Both the position numbers and the translations under genes were made by a program. A stretch of DNA of 64,000 bases from a bacterium (GTDB lineage Bacteria > Patescibacteriota > Dojkabacteria > GCA-016699595 > JBAXKR01), in the NCBI GenBank assembly GCA_037131125.1, contig JBAXRR010000001.1:7345-71344 (forward strand). Reading direction: 5' to 3'. Of this stretch, positions 29,248 through 39,387 are shown one piece after another (the first letter of the stretch is position 1; each line of letters starts with the position of its first letter). A model generated the notes under the pieces. The model did no database searches and had not been told where the DNA came from. It saw nothing but the letters and a program-made list of their open reading frames with translations.

Positions 29248-30015
29248 CTAATTTGTATGCAGAGTAAACAAGATTAATATTATTAGATCAAACAGTAATG
29301 AGAATGCATACTTCATTTCCCCAAGATATAAAGAGTATGAGCTAAGTGCAATGAAGTGAAGTATCATGAGAATAATAATGACATTTCTTACCTTTCTACT
29401 TTTCTTCCATACAAGAGTAATAACCATTACAGAGTAGATAATTAAATCTCCAATAATAATGGGTAGTACCTCAAGTGGATTGGACTTTGTATATTTTTCT
29501 ATGAAGATATATGCAATTTGTAAAATGAATTTTGTAACAGTTAAAGCTATTACAAGATATTTAAAAAGAGAGATATCGAATTGTCTGTTTTGAGTTAATT
29601 CGTTAATTTCCTCTTTGGCTTTTCCATCAAATCTAATCATGTATAGAAATATGAAGAACTGAACAATAAAGCTCGCGTATATAATTGGCAATGCAGGTTT
29701 AAAGAAGTAATCATTTGAACTGGATATAAATTTACCAAGCTCATCCCAGAAGAATCCGAAACCTATTCCCACTCCTATTGCACTTAATAGCTTTAACTTA
29801 GTATTTGGTTTTATGATTAAGTTAAGAAGAATAACAAGTAACATTATTATTCCACCATACAAAAGATGTGCAATATGAAAATCTGAAAAAGATACTTGTG
29901 GAAAGTTAGTTGCTGTAAGAAATATTCTAATACCAAATATAGTGACTATAGATGTAAGAAGATAAATAAAAAGATAAACACTAAACCCTTTAATAAATAT
30001 ATCTTTTATTTTCAT
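29248..30015 (-). CDS. hypothetical polytopic membrane protein (255 aa)
   Basis: About 7-8 hydrophobic helices. No other motif. Confidence 0.4.
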   Translation of the reverse strand: MKIKDIFIKGFSVYLFIYLLTSIVTIFGIRIFLTATNFPQVSFSDFHIAHLLYGGIIMLLVILLNLIIKPNTKLKLLSAIGVGIGFGFFWDELGKFISSSNDYFFKPALPIIYASFIVQFFIFLYMIRFDGKAKEEINELTQNRQFDISLFKYLVIALTVTKFILQIAYIFIEKYTKSNPLEVLPIIIGDLIIYSVMVITLVWKKSRKVRNVIIILMILHFIALSSYSLYLGEMKYAFSLLFDLIILILFTLHTN

Positions 30016-30026
30016 CTCGCTTAATA

Positions 30027-30665
30027 TTAAATTATTTCTGTTTCCTTATCTAACTCAAGTGCCATAAACTTTATTCCCATAGGTTCTAATACCTTTGGAG
30101 GAATCATGTGTGTACCACCTGGTACTTTAAGAATTCCCTCATGAACAGGAATACAAATTCTAGGTTTAACCTCTAAAGCATAGTCTATTGCTTCAGATAG
30201 TTTCATCCATGGGCCAGCAACAGGAAGGAATAGTATATCTACTTCTTTGTTTGGATTTGTAAATGAATCTCCTGGATAGAATATTTTGTTTCCAATAAAG
30301 TAACCAGTGTTTTGTATGGTTGGAATACTTTTGTAAATAACTGCATGTTGTTTTCCAAATCCTTCAACTAAAACTCCATTTAAATCCATACTTTGTCCAT
30401 CTTCTACCAAAGTATATTTAATATTTTCTTTGTCTAGAAGTATACCTACAGATTTGTTTGTAATAATTTTTACTTCGGGATTATTTGAAATTACTTGCTT
30501 TAATGATTCAATATGAAGATGATCTGGATGTTCGTGAGTAATAAGAACAAAATGTATATTCTTAATGCTATTTTGAGAAGTTGAATATGTTCCTGGATCT
30601 GTAAGTATTCTGACATTCTTTTCTTCTATTAGCATGCAACAATGTCCGAATTTAGTGATTTTCAT
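30027..30665 (-). CDS. MBL-fold metallo-hydrolase
   Basis: HxHxDH motif in VLITHEHPDHLH; beta-lactamase-fold architecture; 212 aa. Confidence 0.75.
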   Translation of the reverse strand: MKITKFGHCCMLIEEKNVRILTDPGTYSTSQNSIKNIHFVLITHEHPDHLHIESLKQVISNNPEVKIITNKSVGILLDKENIKYTLVEDGQSMDLNGVLVEGFGKQHAVIYKSIPTIQNTGYFIGNKIFYPGDSFTNPNKEVDILFLPVAGPWMKLSEAIDYALEVKPRICIPVHEGILKVPGGTHMIPPKVLEPMGIKFMALELDKETEII

Positions 30666-30687
30666 TTTATGAAGTTAAGGTCTTATG

Positions 30688-30763
30688 TGGTGGACGCTAG
30701 AGGATTCGAACCTCTGACCCTACCCACGTCAAGGGTATGCTCTACCAGCTGAGCTAAGCGTCC
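30688..30763 (-). tRNA. tRNA-Val (anticodon GAC), CCA encoded
   Basis: The reverse complement GGACGCTTAGCTCAGCTGGTAGAGCATACCCTTGACGTGGGTAGGGTCAGAGGTTCGAATCCTCTAGCGTCCACCA folds into a cloverleaf. It has a 7-bp acceptor stem, a GCTC/GAGC D-stem and a TACCC/GGGTA anticodon stem with loop TTGACGT. The T-arm is AGAGG-TTCGAAT-CCTCT. Confidence 0.9.
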
Positions 30764-30785
30764 AACACTTAGGATTATACCCTAC

Positions 30786-31397
30786 TTATTTAGTAGGATG
30801 AAGTACTTTATCTATTAATCCATATTCTTTTGCTTGGTCAGATGTCATCCAGTAGTTTCTATCTGAATCCTTTAGAACCTTAGCTTTCTTTTGACCAGAT
30901 TGTTTAGCAATAAGTTCCATTAAGACGTCTTTTATTCTTAATATCTCTCTTGCTTCTATTTCAATATCTGATGCTTGTCCTTCTGTTCCACCAATTGGTT
31001 GGTGAATAAGAATAGATGCATTAGGTAAAGAGTATCTCTTACCTTTTGTTCCAGATGTTAATAGAATTGCTCCCATAGATGCAGCCATTCCAACTGCAAC
31101 AGTTGAAACATCACAGCTAATTAAATTCATTGTATCTACAATTGCTAAGCCTGCATTAACAGATCCACCTGGAGTATTAATATACATTGTAATATCTTTA
31201 TTAGGAGCTTCTTTTTGAAGGAATAACATTTGAGCAATGACACTATTTGCTAGTGCATCACTGACTTGTCCTTCTACAAATATGATTCTATCTTTTAAAA
31301 GTCGGGAATAGATATCATAAGAACGTTCGCCATCTCTGGTCTTTTCAATTACTGATGGGATTAGGATAGTGTCATTTCTTGTTTCTTTGTTACTCAT
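30786..31397 (-). CDS. clpP: ATP-dependent Clp protease proteolytic subunit
   Basis: YINTPGGSV, the catalytic Ser in GMAASMGA, and the HQP motif in ILIHQPIGG. Confidence 0.9.
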   Translation of the reverse strand: MSNKETRNDTILIPSVIEKTRDGERSYDIYSRLLKDRIIFVEGQVSDALANSVIAQMLFLQKEAPNKDITMYINTPGGSVNAGLAIVDTMNLISCDVSTVAVGMAASMGAILLTSGTKGKRYSLPNASILIHQPIGGTEGQASDIEIEAREILRIKDVLMELIAKQSGQKKAKVLKDSDRNYWMTSDQAKEYGLIDKVLHPTK

Positions 31398-31470
31398 ATT
31401 ATTAGCAATCTAAAGTAAGTAGTGCTAATTATATCACAGAGTTATTAAAAGGAAAGTTGAAAATTACATT

Positions 31471-32145
31471 GTGATAAAATTACTTATGCAAATTATTATA
31501 ATTATTCTTGCTTACTTTGGATTAACGAATTGGGTACAAATTAGATTTCTACTCGGAAACTTTTTCAAACCTAAATCTAAATCTAGAGAAATTGACTTTA
31601 GTAAGATGACAGATCTTGTTAAACAAAAGATTGGATTAGATGTAACTATAAAAGAACTTCCCGAGCAAAATAAGATGATTGGATTTATGGTTACTCAAAG
31701 ACCGTTCAAACCAATAATGGTTTTTTCTCAAAAGATGTTATCTAGTTTTAACATTGATGAACTTGAATGGGTAGTACTTCATGAATCAGCTCACTATATG
31801 AAATTTCATAACTACAAGTTAGTTGCATCTGATATATTCTGCTTTTTATTAGCCTACTCAATAATTATGATATTTAACTTGCCTTTATTATTAGCGTTAG
31901 TTGTTATCCTAATATTTTCAGTAATATATGTTCAAATTGCTAAGATATTTGAATATGAGGCAGATAAATTTGCTATCGAAAACGTAGATAATCCAGAGGG
32001 TGTTATATCTGGAAATATTAAAATGAAAAATTCAAAGATCTCTAAGAACATTGTGTTCAATAAGCTTTTGGTAATAGCTGTTCCTGCTGATAAAAGAATT
32101 CAAATGGCAAAAGAAGAAATTCAAAAACGAACACAAAGTCATTAA
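31471..32145 (+). CDS. membrane zinc metalloprotease, M48/M56-like (HExxH ... EYEADKFA)
   Basis: An N-terminal TM helix is followed by VVLHESAHYMKFH (HExxH). More TM helices follow, then a C-terminal EYEADKFA that matches the M48 third-ligand/helix motif sRxxEyxAD. Confidence 0.55.
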   Translation: MIKLLMQIIIIILAYFGLTNWVQIRFLLGNFFKPKSKSREIDFSKMTDLVKQKIGLDVTIKELPEQNKMIGFMVTQRPFKPIMVFSQKMLSSFNIDELEWVVLHESAHYMKFHNYKLVASDIFCFLLAYSIIMIFNLPLLLALVVILIFSVIYVQIAKIFEYEADKFAIENVDNPEGVISGNIKMKNSKISKNIVFNKLLVIAVPADKRIQMAKEEIQKRTQSH

Positions 32146-32224
32146 AATTTTCCCACTTATATAGCTTTAATACTCATCTAACATATTTATTGATACCTTC
32201 CATAAAGAGAGTAATATTTATTTT

Positions 32225-33118
32225 ATGGAAGATTCTAGTATGGATACAAATAAAAACATTTTTTCTTTAACCGTTGATTATGACAAAACTTCCAGTCCCT
32301 CGAGTGCTTTTAAGGCAATAGGTGAGATTATTGAATCACTTGAAAAATTAGACAGTGTTCTTGTTAAGAGTGTTGATAGCAAAATAGAAACAGATACGAT
32401 ACTAGAAAATCTTGAAAATGGGTCCATTAAAACAAAATTAATTACAATCCTAAAAAATGTAGACGATAAAGGACTTGGTGAATTAGAAGTTAAACGTATA
32501 ATTGGGAAATTTTTAGTTAAGGCAAAATACTTTATTCTAAAAAGAATTGAAACTGATGAGGAATTAAGTGTGGAAGCTTTTAAGCATCTTCCAAATGAAA
32601 TAGATCTAATTGCTACAGAAGCAGGTGTAAGAAAAGTTGGAATATATACCTCTGTTACTTCCAGAGAATTAATTGATAGGGTTGTTGGAATACAGGAATC
32701 ATTAAAATATTTAAGGTCAGGAGATAAAGCATATTTTGAATATGATGGGAATAAAATCGAAGTGAAACAAAGGGAATATTTGTCTGAATCTAATTTAGTA
32801 GGAATAGTTACAAGAGAAAGTTTAAGTTCAAGTTCAATAATGTTTCTAAGGGTAAGAAAACCTGACTATCTTGGTGATACTAAGTGGATATTTAAGCATG
32901 GAAAGACAGAAGTTAAAGCAATTATTACTGATAAAGACTTCTTAAACGATTTTCATGACAGGAAAATAAAGGTACAACCAGGAGACTCTATAAAATGCGA
33001 AGTAAAAGTTGTAAGTAAATATGATTTCAATAGTGATTTAATATCTGCAGAGTACGAAATTACTAAAGTAATCGAAGTTATTCCTCCTGAAAATAGTACA
33101 CAAATGAAAATAAGTTAA
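32225..33118 (+). CDS. hypothetical protein (297 aa)
   Basis: Soluble, mixed alpha/beta composition. No motif recognised. Confidence 0.35.
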   Translation: MEDSSMDTNKNIFSLTVDYDKTSSPSSAFKAIGEIIESLEKLDSVLVKSVDSKIETDTILENLENGSIKTKLITILKNVDDKGLGELEVKRIIGKFLVKAKYFILKRIETDEELSVEAFKHLPNEIDLIATEAGVRKVGIYTSVTSRELIDRVVGIQESLKYLRSGDKAYFEYDGNKIEVKQREYLSESNLVGIVTRESLSSSSIMFLRVRKPDYLGDTKWIFKHGKTEVKAIITDKDFLNDFHDRKIKVQPGDSIKCEVKVVSKYDFNSDLISAEYEITKVIEVIPPENSTQMKIS

Positions 33119-33166
33119 ATCCAGTATACTCACTATTATTAGACCCATCGAAATTGACGAGTTTAT

Positions 33167-34342
33167 CTATTTGTCTCCAAAATATTTTCTATCTTTAAGT
33201 TTATCTGGAAAACATTGTTGTTTAGATTTACCACTTGGTAGATCTGGATCATATTCATATCCTTTTCCATAATCCAACTCTTTCATAAGCTTAGTAGGAG
33301 CATTTCTTAGGTGCATTGGAACTGGAAGATTCCCATAATTCTTAATATCTTCTTTTGCAAGATTTGCTGCAACATATGCCCTATTATCTTTAGGTGAATT
33401 AGCAAGATATTCTGCAAGTTGAATAAGTGCAGTATTACATTCAGGTATACCTAAGTTCTGACATGCTTGAAATACTTGGTTAGCAAGAAGAAGTGCGTTT
33501 GGATTAGCATTTCCAATATCTTCAGATGCAAAACGTAATAATCTTCTTGCTATGTAAAGTGGATCTTCTCCTGCTTCAAGCATTCTGGTTACCCAGTAAA
33601 CTCCAGCGGATGGATTACTAGATCTTAAACTCTTATGCATAGCAGATATAATATTGTAGTGCTCTTCTCCGTTTTTATCATATCTTAGGAACTTCTGGGC
33701 TGCTTGTTCTAACTCTTCTTTTGTAATCTTTTTAGATATTTGTGATGCGATTTCAATTGTATTAAGTGCAAATCTAATATCTCCATTAGATATTTCAGCT
33801 AGATAGTCTAAATCTGCATCTTTAACTTTAATCTTAAGAAGCTTTACTCCCCTTTCGAGTGCAATTTTAATATTTTCCTTACTGTGAGATTCAAAAACAA
33901 ATACTCTAGATCTTGAAAGTAATGGAGATATTACTGTGAAAGATGGATTTTCTGTTGTTGCACCAATTAAAGTTATTACTCCTGTTTCTACATATGGAAG
34001 AAGTGCATCTTGTTGTGCTTTACTCCATCTATGGATTTCATCAATAAATAGGATTGTAACTATTTTGTTTTCTCTATTCTTCTCTGCAATATCTATTATC
34101 TCTTTTAACTTCTCTTTTCCATCTATAACTGCAGAGATCTTTTCAAAGTCTGCTTGAATAGTGTTTGCGATTATATTTGCCAAAGTGGTTTTTCCAGATG
34201 CAGGTGGTCCCCAAAATATCATACTTGTTATTCTTCCACCTTCAATCATTTTACGAATTGGACCATCTTTTCCAACAAGTTTATCTTGTCCTAAGAAGTC
34301 TTCTAGTTTTTGTGGTCTTAGAAGTGATGCTAATGGTTCCAT
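33167..34342 (-). CDS. rarA: replication-associated recombination protein A (MgsA/RarA) AAA+ ATPase
   Basis: Walker A FWGPPASGKTTLANIIA, Walker B ILFIDEIHRW, and the C-terminal MgsA helical lid (SLRSSNPSAGVYWVTRMLEAGEDPLYIARRL). Confidence 0.85.
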   Translation of the reverse strand: MEPLASLLRPQKLEDFLGQDKLVGKDGPIRKMIEGGRITSMIFWGPPASGKTTLANIIANTIQADFEKISAVIDGKEKLKEIIDIAEKNRENKIVTILFIDEIHRWSKAQQDALLPYVETGVITLIGATTENPSFTVISPLLSRSRVFVFESHSKENIKIALERGVKLLKIKVKDADLDYLAEISNGDIRFALNTIEIASQISKKITKEELEQAAQKFLRYDKNGEEHYNIISAMHKSLRSSNPSAGVYWVTRMLEAGEDPLYIARRLLRFASEDIGNANPNALLLANQVFQACQNLGIPECNTALIQLAEYLANSPKDNRAYVAANLAKEDIKNYGNLPVPMHLRNAPTKLMKELDYGKGYEYDPDLPSGKSKQQCFPDKLKDRKYFGDK

Positions 34343-34375
34343 TACCGAATTATACCAGAAATAGAAGATGAATAA

Positions 34376-34786
34376 TTATTGAAGTTTGGTAAGATCACCT
34401 AATAATATAACAGGCTTCATTGCCTCCAATTCTGATGTATATATCATTTCTGGAATTGGTTTTAGAAAATAGATTTTTTTACCAAGAATAAATCCATAAC
34501 CTAACTCTAAAAAACTGTTTCCCCCAATATAGTTTTTAATTCCTTTTTTATCATAGTTTAAAGCCAATACAGCATCACACTTTTCTATAAGATTACAGAA
34601 CTCAATTAATCCATCTTTATTATTTTTGTCTTTAATAGTTTGTGATTCTATTTGTTCTTTTGGAAGTTTCGAATATTCTTCAGCAAAAGATGATGCAAAA
34701 ACTTTATGGTTGTTATTCTCAAGATTTTTTTTTGTTTCCAACATTTTATCCACAAATGTCATACTTCCAACTATTGCAATCTTCAT
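34376..34786 (-). CDS. nucleoside 2-deoxyribosyltransferase-like protein (YtoQ-like)
   Basis: MKIAIVGSM...CDAVLALNYDKKG...GGNSFLELGYGFILGKKIYFL parallels the YtoQ/NDT-like GTCFELGYAHALGKPVIL segment. Confidence 0.45.
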   Translation of the reverse strand: MKIAIVGSMTFVDKMLETKKNLENNNHKVFASSFAEEYSKLPKEQIESQTIKDKNNKDGLIEFCNLIEKCDAVLALNYDKKGIKNYIGGNSFLELGYGFILGKKIYFLKPIPEMIYTSELEAMKPVILLGDLTKLQ

Positions 34787-34900
34787 TTTTATCTATTTAA
34801 TAAATATACATGTATTTTACAACAAGGTTTATCTCATTAATAATTATTACCAAAAAGTCCCGACAACTCGGGACTCTTTGTAATATCTTTTAAAAGTATA

Positions 34901-35299
34901 TTAAGCTTGTGGTGCTACAGGTCCAGTTGCTTTTGGAGCTTCTGAAACATGAGCAGAAGCTGTCTTTTTCTTTCCAACAAATGCATATAGTAACCAACCA
35001 ATCCAGCTTAAAAGTAATGCTAGAACTAACCATAGTGCTGGGTTTTCAACATTATTTTTCTTAGCATTGTTATAAATTACAATTGCAATGATAAGATCAA
35101 CTACAAAATAAAGACAAAGACATACCAAAGGAAGAATAGTTACTGCACCAAATAATCCTGCTGCTGCTGCTGAATCTGCTGAACTTAGAGAGAAAGTTGA
35201 GTCGTAACTAGTAGTGAATCCGTAATCTTGAGCGTGTACTGCTACTGGAAATGCAAGAGCTGATAATGCCATCAGTCCTGCTGTAATTGCTTTCTTCAT
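34901..35299 (-). CDS. small membrane protein with a C-terminal PLDc_N-like domain (paralog 1 of 3, carries a signal peptide)
   Basis: Signal peptide MKKAITAGLMALSALAFPVAVHA. The C-terminal part YNNAKKNNVENPALWLVLALLLSWIGWLLYAFVGKKK fits the PLDc_N-type D...W...G..LY..gR pattern. Confidence 0.4.
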   Translation of the reverse strand: MKKAITAGLMALSALAFPVAVHAQDYGFTTSYDSTFSLSSADSAAAAGLFGAVTILPLVCLCLYFVVDLIIAIVIYNNAKKNNVENPALWLVLALLLSWIGWLLYAFVGKKKTASAHVSEAPKATGPVAPQA

Positions 35300-35331
35300 G
35301 AGAAAAAGATAATAAATAAAATATATAATTA

Positions 35332-35640
35332 CTAATCTCGCTTGTTAATAACAAAGTATAGTACTATTCCTATCCAAGTTATACCAGAAATTACTCCCCA
35401 TAAAACAGGGTTTTCAATGTTATGTTTTTTTGCATCAGAGTATATTAGGTAGCCGATACCAAAAGAAATTGCTAGAGGTATAAATGTAGCAATTATTATA
35501 ATTAGAATTGTAAATATCACAGATCCTCCAAATATAAGTGCAATTAAACCAGCTCCAAAGGCTTCATTGCTAGTTGTTGCTGGGGCACTTACTGAATATT
35601 GGGAAAATGTATTTGATGCTGCTAAAATTATTGTATCCAT
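35332..35640 (-). CDS. small membrane protein with a C-terminal PLDc_N-like domain (paralog 2 of 3)
   Basis: C-terminus YSDAKKHNIENPVLWGVISGITWIGIVLYFVINKRD. Confidence 0.4.
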   Translation of the reverse strand: MDTIILAASNTFSQYSVSAPATTSNEAFGAGLIALIFGGSVIFTILIIIIATFIPLAISFGIGYLIYSDAKKHNIENPVLWGVISGITWIGIVLYFVINKRD

Positions 35641-35700
35641 TGTACTTATTAATAGTTTGTATCTTAAATGCTAAAACAACACTGTCTGTTTTGCAACAAA

Positions 35701-35940
35701 TTACTTCTCTCTTTTGTTTATTACAAAATATAGAAGTATTCCAATCCATGTAATTCCTGATATTACACCCCATAGAGCAGGGTTTTCTATATTGTGTTTC
35801 TTTGCATCTTTGTAAATCAGGTATCCAATAGTGAATGCAACTGCGAAACCAATAACTGTGGCAAATAACATAAAAATACCCATAAAACCGAAGCTTAGTG
35901 AGTTAAAAGGGGAACTGTATGCTGAGTAATAATTCATCAT
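35701..35940 (-). CDS. small membrane protein with a C-terminal PLDc_N-like domain (paralog 3 of 3)
   Basis: C-terminus YKDAKKHNIENPALWGVISGITWIGILLYFVINKREK, nearly identical to paralog 2. Confidence 0.4.
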   Translation of the reverse strand: MMNYYSAYSSPFNSLSFGFMGIFMLFATVIGFAVAFTIGYLIYKDAKKHNIENPALWGVISGITWIGILLYFVINKREK

Positions 35941-35980
35941 TGGCTCAAATAGTTAAGAAATTAACATATATTATGCTAGA

Positions 35981-37045
35981 TCAAGGGTTCCTGTTTTGCA
36001 AGTAGCTATCTATAACATCCTTTACATGTTGATAAGCATCATCAAAATTATCTTTAAAGTTTGCTCCTGCCGATCTTTCATGACCTCCACCTCTTCCACC
36101 TTCTGCAATATTTCTACATATTTGGCTACAATCTATTCCACTATCTTCACTGGATCTCATAGATACCCATACAAAGCTTTTAGGAGATTCTTTAATCGTT
36201 ACGATTAGTTTCCAATTACTAGTGTTTTGAAGTTGAGTTAGGTAATAGTCTTTAATGTTTCCAAAATCATCGAAAGTTAATTTATTTTCTGCCTCAAACT
36301 TTAGAGGAATAACCACAAAGTAATATCCTTTCTCTTCATCTACTCTTGTGTAATCTACTAATTTAAAACAAGTTTGTAGGTCTTTGTAACTTAAGAATCT
36401 AAAGTAATTTTTGTTAACGAATCCAAGGTCTCCTCCACATTCAACCATCTCTTCAAATGTTTTTATATCCTCTGCATTATATGTCCATCTTAGATACTGA
36501 GTATCTCCTAAGTATCCAGCTAAACATAATGTTACAATTTTTTTATTGTTTTTTAATCCAAGTACTTTCACAATCTGATCCCAAATTATTGCTGTAGCAC
36601 TTCTATATTTACTATTTACCATTACTATTTTTGCTTCTTCTCTTGTGTTATTTTCAGAATGATGATCAATAAGTACTAAGGAGTATGGAAGTGTTAGTTC
36701 AACTTTCCCTAAGTTCTTTTTTAGAAGTTGGGATTTTGTAACTCCATCTACAATTATTCCAAGATCATACATAGTGAAGTCTTTATGAGCTTCATCAAAT
36801 TTATTAAATGTATATCCTTCTGCAATAAATTTATGATAATTGTCTACTGAAAAGTCACACCAAATTGAGACTTCTGCATTTGGGTTAAGAAATTTACATA
36901 CCTCTAGCATTACTGCAGCTGAACTTATGCAATCTAGGTCAATTCTTGCTGTAGGAAATATCGCTATTTTTTTTGCTTCTAGTATCTGTTTTTTAAGTTC
37001 TTCTAGCATTTTAGTTAGTAATAGATTGAAGTAGCATTGTATCAC
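35981..37045 (-). CDS. nrnA: DHH-DHHA1 phosphoesterase (nanoRNase / pAp phosphatase NrnA-like)
   Basis: DHH motif LIDHHSENN and DHHA1 motif GGGHERSAGANF. 354 aa. Confidence 0.7.
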   Translation of the reverse strand: MIQCYFNLLLTKMLEELKKQILEAKKIAIFPTARIDLDCISSAAVMLEVCKFLNPNAEVSIWCDFSVDNYHKFIAEGYTFNKFDEAHKDFTMYDLGIIVDGVTKSQLLKKNLGKVELTLPYSLVLIDHHSENNTREEAKIVMVNSKYRSATAIIWDQIVKVLGLKNNKKIVTLCLAGYLGDTQYLRWTYNAEDIKTFEEMVECGGDLGFVNKNYFRFLSYKDLQTCFKLVDYTRVDEEKGYYFVVIPLKFEAENKLTFDDFGNIKDYYLTQLQNTSNWKLIVTIKESPKSFVWVSMRSSEDSGIDCSQICRNIAEGGRGGGHERSAGANFKDNFDDAYQHVKDVIDSYLQNRNP

Positions 37046-37532
37046 CTTCTTGTATATTCAGTTTATCAGAAAGTCCACCATTTATCTCAAGCACATACAT
37101 TCCGTAAGAGGAGTATGTAAGGTCTTCTCTTTTAGGTGTAGTATTTTTATATATCTTTACAATCTTTTTATTTTTATCCATAAATAGCATATCCAAAGGA
37201 ATCAGGGTGTTTTTCATCCAAAATGAAAGTGTTTGTTCTGAATTAAATACAAAAAGCATTCCAGATTTTGGATCAAGTGAATCCCTATTCATGAGTCCTA
37301 CTTCCTTTTTAGCACTTGTATCTGCAAGCTCAACATTAAATATTACTCCATCAAGTACTTTTCCATCTCTTTGGAATTGAACTTTAGATATAACAGTATT
37401 AACACCGTTAACTGAATTTGTAGGTGAGTTTACTTCAGATATTCTCAATACAACTGCAAGTAATATGCAGAATGCTATGAATCCGAGGGTAAATAAATAC
37501 ATTATTTTTTTCTTTTTATTTTGATCTTCCAA
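37011..37532 (-). CDS. DUF192 (COG1430) family protein with an N-terminal TM anchor
   Basis: LADTSAKKEVGLMNR...GMLFVF...FWMKNTLIPLDMLFMD...YVLEINGG matches the DUF192 consensus (aDT..e...GLM.r...GMLF...FWMkNT.iPLDiiF). It overlaps mutL and nrnA by a few codons and is probably operonic with both. Confidence 0.65.
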   Translation of the reverse strand: MEDQNKKKKIMYLFTLGFIAFCILLAVVLRISEVNSPTNSVNGVNTVISKVQFQRDGKVLDGVIFNVELADTSAKKEVGLMNRDSLDPKSGMLFVFNSEQTLSFWMKNTLIPLDMLFMDKNKKIVKIYKNTTPKREDLTYSSYGMYVLEINGGLSDKLNIQEGDTMLLQSITN

Positions 37533-39357
37533 ATTTCTTTTCGAATTCAGATAATTTTAATTCCCATACAATTGGTCTTCCATGAGGACAGGAGTATGGA
37601 TTGTCTGTAGATAGTAGGTCTAGTACTAGATGATTAATTTCTTCTCTTGTAAGATTATCTCCTCCTCTAATTGAGTGATGACATGCCATAGTAGCAATAA
37701 GTTTATCTATTTTGTCATTTGCACTTTTAGCAGATAAATTCTCTTCAGAGATCTCACTTAGTGTTTCTTCTATTGTTTCTTCAATACTTTCTTTAGATAG
37801 TTCATGTGGTATTTCTATAACTCCATACTCACTTGGTCCCATTTTCTCAATAACTATTCCCAATGAATTGAATAATTCTAGATTATCTGTAAGTGTATTT
37901 AATTGTTTTGCGTTTAGAGTAAGAGTGTATGGAAGTAAAAGCTTTTGTGAACTAAAAGATTTCATTTCAAAAGATTTTTTGAGTCTGTCAAAAGTTATTC
38001 TTTCAGCTGCTGCATGTTGATCAATTATTTGTACCTTATCTATGTATTCAATAAGAATATATGTTTTAAGAAATTGAGTTGCATTGATGTAAGGAAGTAT
38101 TGTTGTATTAGGAACACCTTCTGTATTTGTTGAAATCTGTCCTTCTTCTAGGTTTGAATTTAAAGATTTAGAATCTTCAAATATATTCTTTGTGAATGAC
38201 ATGGCTTCTCTAGGTCCACCATTCCAAGTACTTTTAGTTTCCCATGAGTTCTTAATACTTTGTTTATATGGAGATGAATACATACTGTTACTAGTTCCAG
38301 ATAGTTCAGTTTTTATGCTACTTAGATTGTTGTTATAACTGTCTCCAGTTATTTGGCTTTGTGTTTGAATCTTTAAAGCTTTTTCAAGTGCAGAATGAAC
38401 TGCAATGTTAATAGAGTTAAATATTTGTTGTTGGTTTCCCCATTTTACTTCTAGTTTTCTAGGATGAACATTTACGTCTACATCTTTTGGATTAAGTGAG
38501 ATCTTTATGAAGAAAACAGGGTACAGTTCTCGTGGCATAAAGCCTGTATATGATTGTTGAACAGCTTTGCCTATAATATTGTCTTTAATGAATCTTCCAT
38601 TTACAAATATATATGTGTTTTGTTTTGAACTTTTGCATGTTTTAGGGTGAAGTGTAAATCCAGATATATTTATTTGGGATTCATACTTTATTTCAATTAA
38701 CTCACTCTCGTCATATTTGAATATATCCTGAATTCTTTGTTTTAAAGTATCCCTTGCCGGGAGTTTATATGAATTTTTTCCATCGAAGTTCAATTCAAAA
38801 GATATTTTTTCATTTACTAATGCTATATTAAGAAATGCATCTATAAGATGATTCTTCTCAGTATTTTCAGACTTTAAAAATTTCCTTCTTGCAGGAACAT
38901 TATAGAATAAATCCTCGACATTAATTGTAGTTCCTCTGTTCTTTCCAATTTCATTGTTTTCGAAAACTTTTCCTTCACTTGTTCTTACTTTAGTTCCTAC
39001 TTTTGAAGATTCCGATTTTGTTTCAATTGTAACTTTGGAAACAGAGGCAATTGATGCTAATGCTTCCCCGCGAAAGCCATAACTCATAATGGAATATAGG
39101 TCATCAAGATTGGTTATTTTACTAGTTGCGTGTCTTTCAAATGATTTAATTGCATCTTCTTCATCCATTCCAGAACCATCGTCAATTATTTGTATCTTTT
39201 GGATTCCACCTCTTTGTATGTTTATTATGATATTACTTGCCCCAGCATCTATACTATTCTCAACAAGTTCTTTAAGAACAGATGCAGGTCTTTCTACAAC
39301 TTCACCAGCTGCTATTTGGTTAATAAGATTTTGTGGAAGTAAGTGAATCTTTGACAT
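37516..39357 (-). CDS. mutL: DNA mismatch repair protein MutL
   Basis: GHKL ATPase N-terminus IAAGEVVERPASVLKELVENSIDAGAS and GFRGEAL. The C-terminal dimerisation/endonuclease region includes ACHHSIRGGD. 613 aa. Confidence 0.9.
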   Translation of the reverse strand: MSKIHLLPQNLINQIAAGEVVERPASVLKELVENSIDAGASNIIINIQRGGIQKIQIIDDGSGMDEEDAIKSFERHATSKITNLDDLYSIMSYGFRGEALASIASVSKVTIETKSESSKVGTKVRTSEGKVFENNEIGKNRGTTINVEDLFYNVPARRKFLKSENTEKNHLIDAFLNIALVNEKISFELNFDGKNSYKLPARDTLKQRIQDIFKYDESELIEIKYESQINISGFTLHPKTCKSSKQNTYIFVNGRFIKDNIIGKAVQQSYTGFMPRELYPVFFIKISLNPKDVDVNVHPRKLEVKWGNQQQIFNSINIAVHSALEKALKIQTQSQITGDSYNNNLSSIKTELSGTSNSMYSSPYKQSIKNSWETKSTWNGGPREAMSFTKNIFEDSKSLNSNLEEGQISTNTEGVPNTTILPYINATQFLKTYILIEYIDKVQIIDQHAAAERITFDRLKKSFEMKSFSSQKLLLPYTLTLNAKQLNTLTDNLELFNSLGIVIEKMGPSEYGVIEIPHELSKESIEETIEETLSEISEENLSAKSANDKIDKLIATMACHHSIRGGDNLTREEINHLVLDLLSTDNPYSCPHGRPIVWELKLSEFEKKFGRSK

Positions 39358-39387
39358 GCCTTAATTATCTCTTTTCTTGCCTGTTTG

